Source of the DNA: Eledone cirrhosa | Lineage: Eukaryota | NCBI GenBank assembly: GCA_964016885.1 | Contig: OZ024766.1 | Coordinates: forward strand, 3,534,001 to 3,598,000 | Length of the DNA: 64,000 bases | Direction: 5' to 3' | In this document: positions 62,830 through 64,000 of the stretch, piece after piece | Position numbering within the stretch: the stretch's first letter is position 1 | How the letters are laid out: each line of letters begins with the position of its first letter | Notes under the pieces: model-generated | Databases searched by the model: none | What the model was told of the DNA's origin: nothing | What the model saw: the letters and a program-made list of their open reading frames with translations, nothing else | Program-made: the position numbers and the translations under genes

Positions 62830-64000
62830 TGGTAGATATACCTCATTACTGCTAGGTAATGAGGTATATACAGGTAGATATACCTCATTACTACCAGGTA
62901 ATGAGGTATATACAGGTAGATATACCTCATTACTACCAGGTAACCAGGTAGATATACCTCATTACTACCAGGTAACCAGGTAGATATACCTCATTACTAC
63001 CAGGTAACCAGGTAGATATACCTCGTTACTGCCAGGTAACCAGGTAGATATACCTCGTTACTGCCAGGTAACCAGGTAGATATACCTCGTTACTGTCAGG
63101 TAACCAGGTAGATATACCTCGTTACTGCCAGGTAACCAGGTAGATATACCTCGTTACTGCCAGGTAACCAGGTAGATATACCTCGTTACTGTCAGGTAAC
63201 CAGGTAGATATACCTCGTTACTGTCAGGTAACCAGGTAGATATACCTCGTTACTGCCAGGTAACCAGGTAGATATACCTCGTTACTGCCAGGTAACCAGG
63301 TAGATACTGATAGGTAATGAAATAGATACAGGTAAATATTTCTCGCTACAGCCAAGTAACCAGGTAGATACAGGTAGCTATTTCTCGTTAAAGTAAGATA
63401 ACTAGGTAGATACAGGTAGATACAGGTAGCTATTTCTCGTTAAAGTAAGATAACTTGGTAGATACAGGTAGCTATTTCTCGTTAAAGTAAGATAACTTGG
63501 TAGATACAGGTAGATACAGGTAGCTATTTCTCGTTAAAGTAAGATAACTTGGTAGATACAGGTAGCTATTTCTCGTTAAAGTAAGATAACTTGGTAGATA
63601 CAGGTAGCTATTTCTCGTTAAAGTAAGATAACTTGGTAGATACAGGTAGCTATTTCTCGTTAAAGTAAGATAACTTGGTAGATACAGGTAGCTATTTCTC
63701 GTTAAAGTAAGATAACTTGGTAGATACAGGTAGATATTTCTCGTTAAAGTAAGATAACTTGGTAGATACAGGTAGCTATTTCTCGTTAAAGTAAGATAAC
63801 TTGGTAGATACAGGTAGCTATTTCTCGTTAAAGTAAGATAACTTGGTAGATACAGGTAGCTATTTCTCGTTAAAGTAAGATAACTTGGTAGATACAGGTA
63901 GCTATTTCTCGTTAAAGTAAGATAACTTGGTAGATACAGGTAGCTATTTCTCGTTAAAGTAAGATAACTTGGTAGATACAGGTAGCTATTTCTCGTTAAA
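62830..64000. repeat. 32-bp array (to ~63310) grading into a 42-bp array (to window end)
   Basis: ggtagatatacctcgttactgccaggtaacca; ggtagatacaggtagctatttctcgttaaagtaagataactt. Confidence 0.93.

Overview
This window is eukaryotic, repeat-saturated genomic DNA. The SINE and RTE-LINE families look like octopus/coleoid cephalopod repeats (my recollection, not a database result). The whole window lies inside one + strand gene, a USP24-like deubiquitinase. I traced 30 GT-AG exons from 2305 to 61216. They total 3410 nt (~1136 aa, ~5% of the window), are phase-consistent and splice without a stop. The N-terminus and the catalytic domain lie outside the window. Almost every intron carries its own tandem array (units 20-180 bp), many amplified from pieces of SINE/RTE elements, and nearly all long ORFs in the supplied track are translations of these arrays. 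Main oddities: (1) at seven exon boundaries the splice junction itself has been tandemly amplified, and several decoy sites are in-frame and stop-free; (2) a candidate 102-nt cassette exon and a candidate alternative terminal exon followed by a hairpin array; (3) minimal hammerhead-ribozyme motifs in sense orientation in introns; (4) a ~235-bp-arm palindrome and nested long-range inverted satellite pairs that bracket in-frame exon blocks. Exon numbers are relative to this window, and repeat coordinates are approximate.
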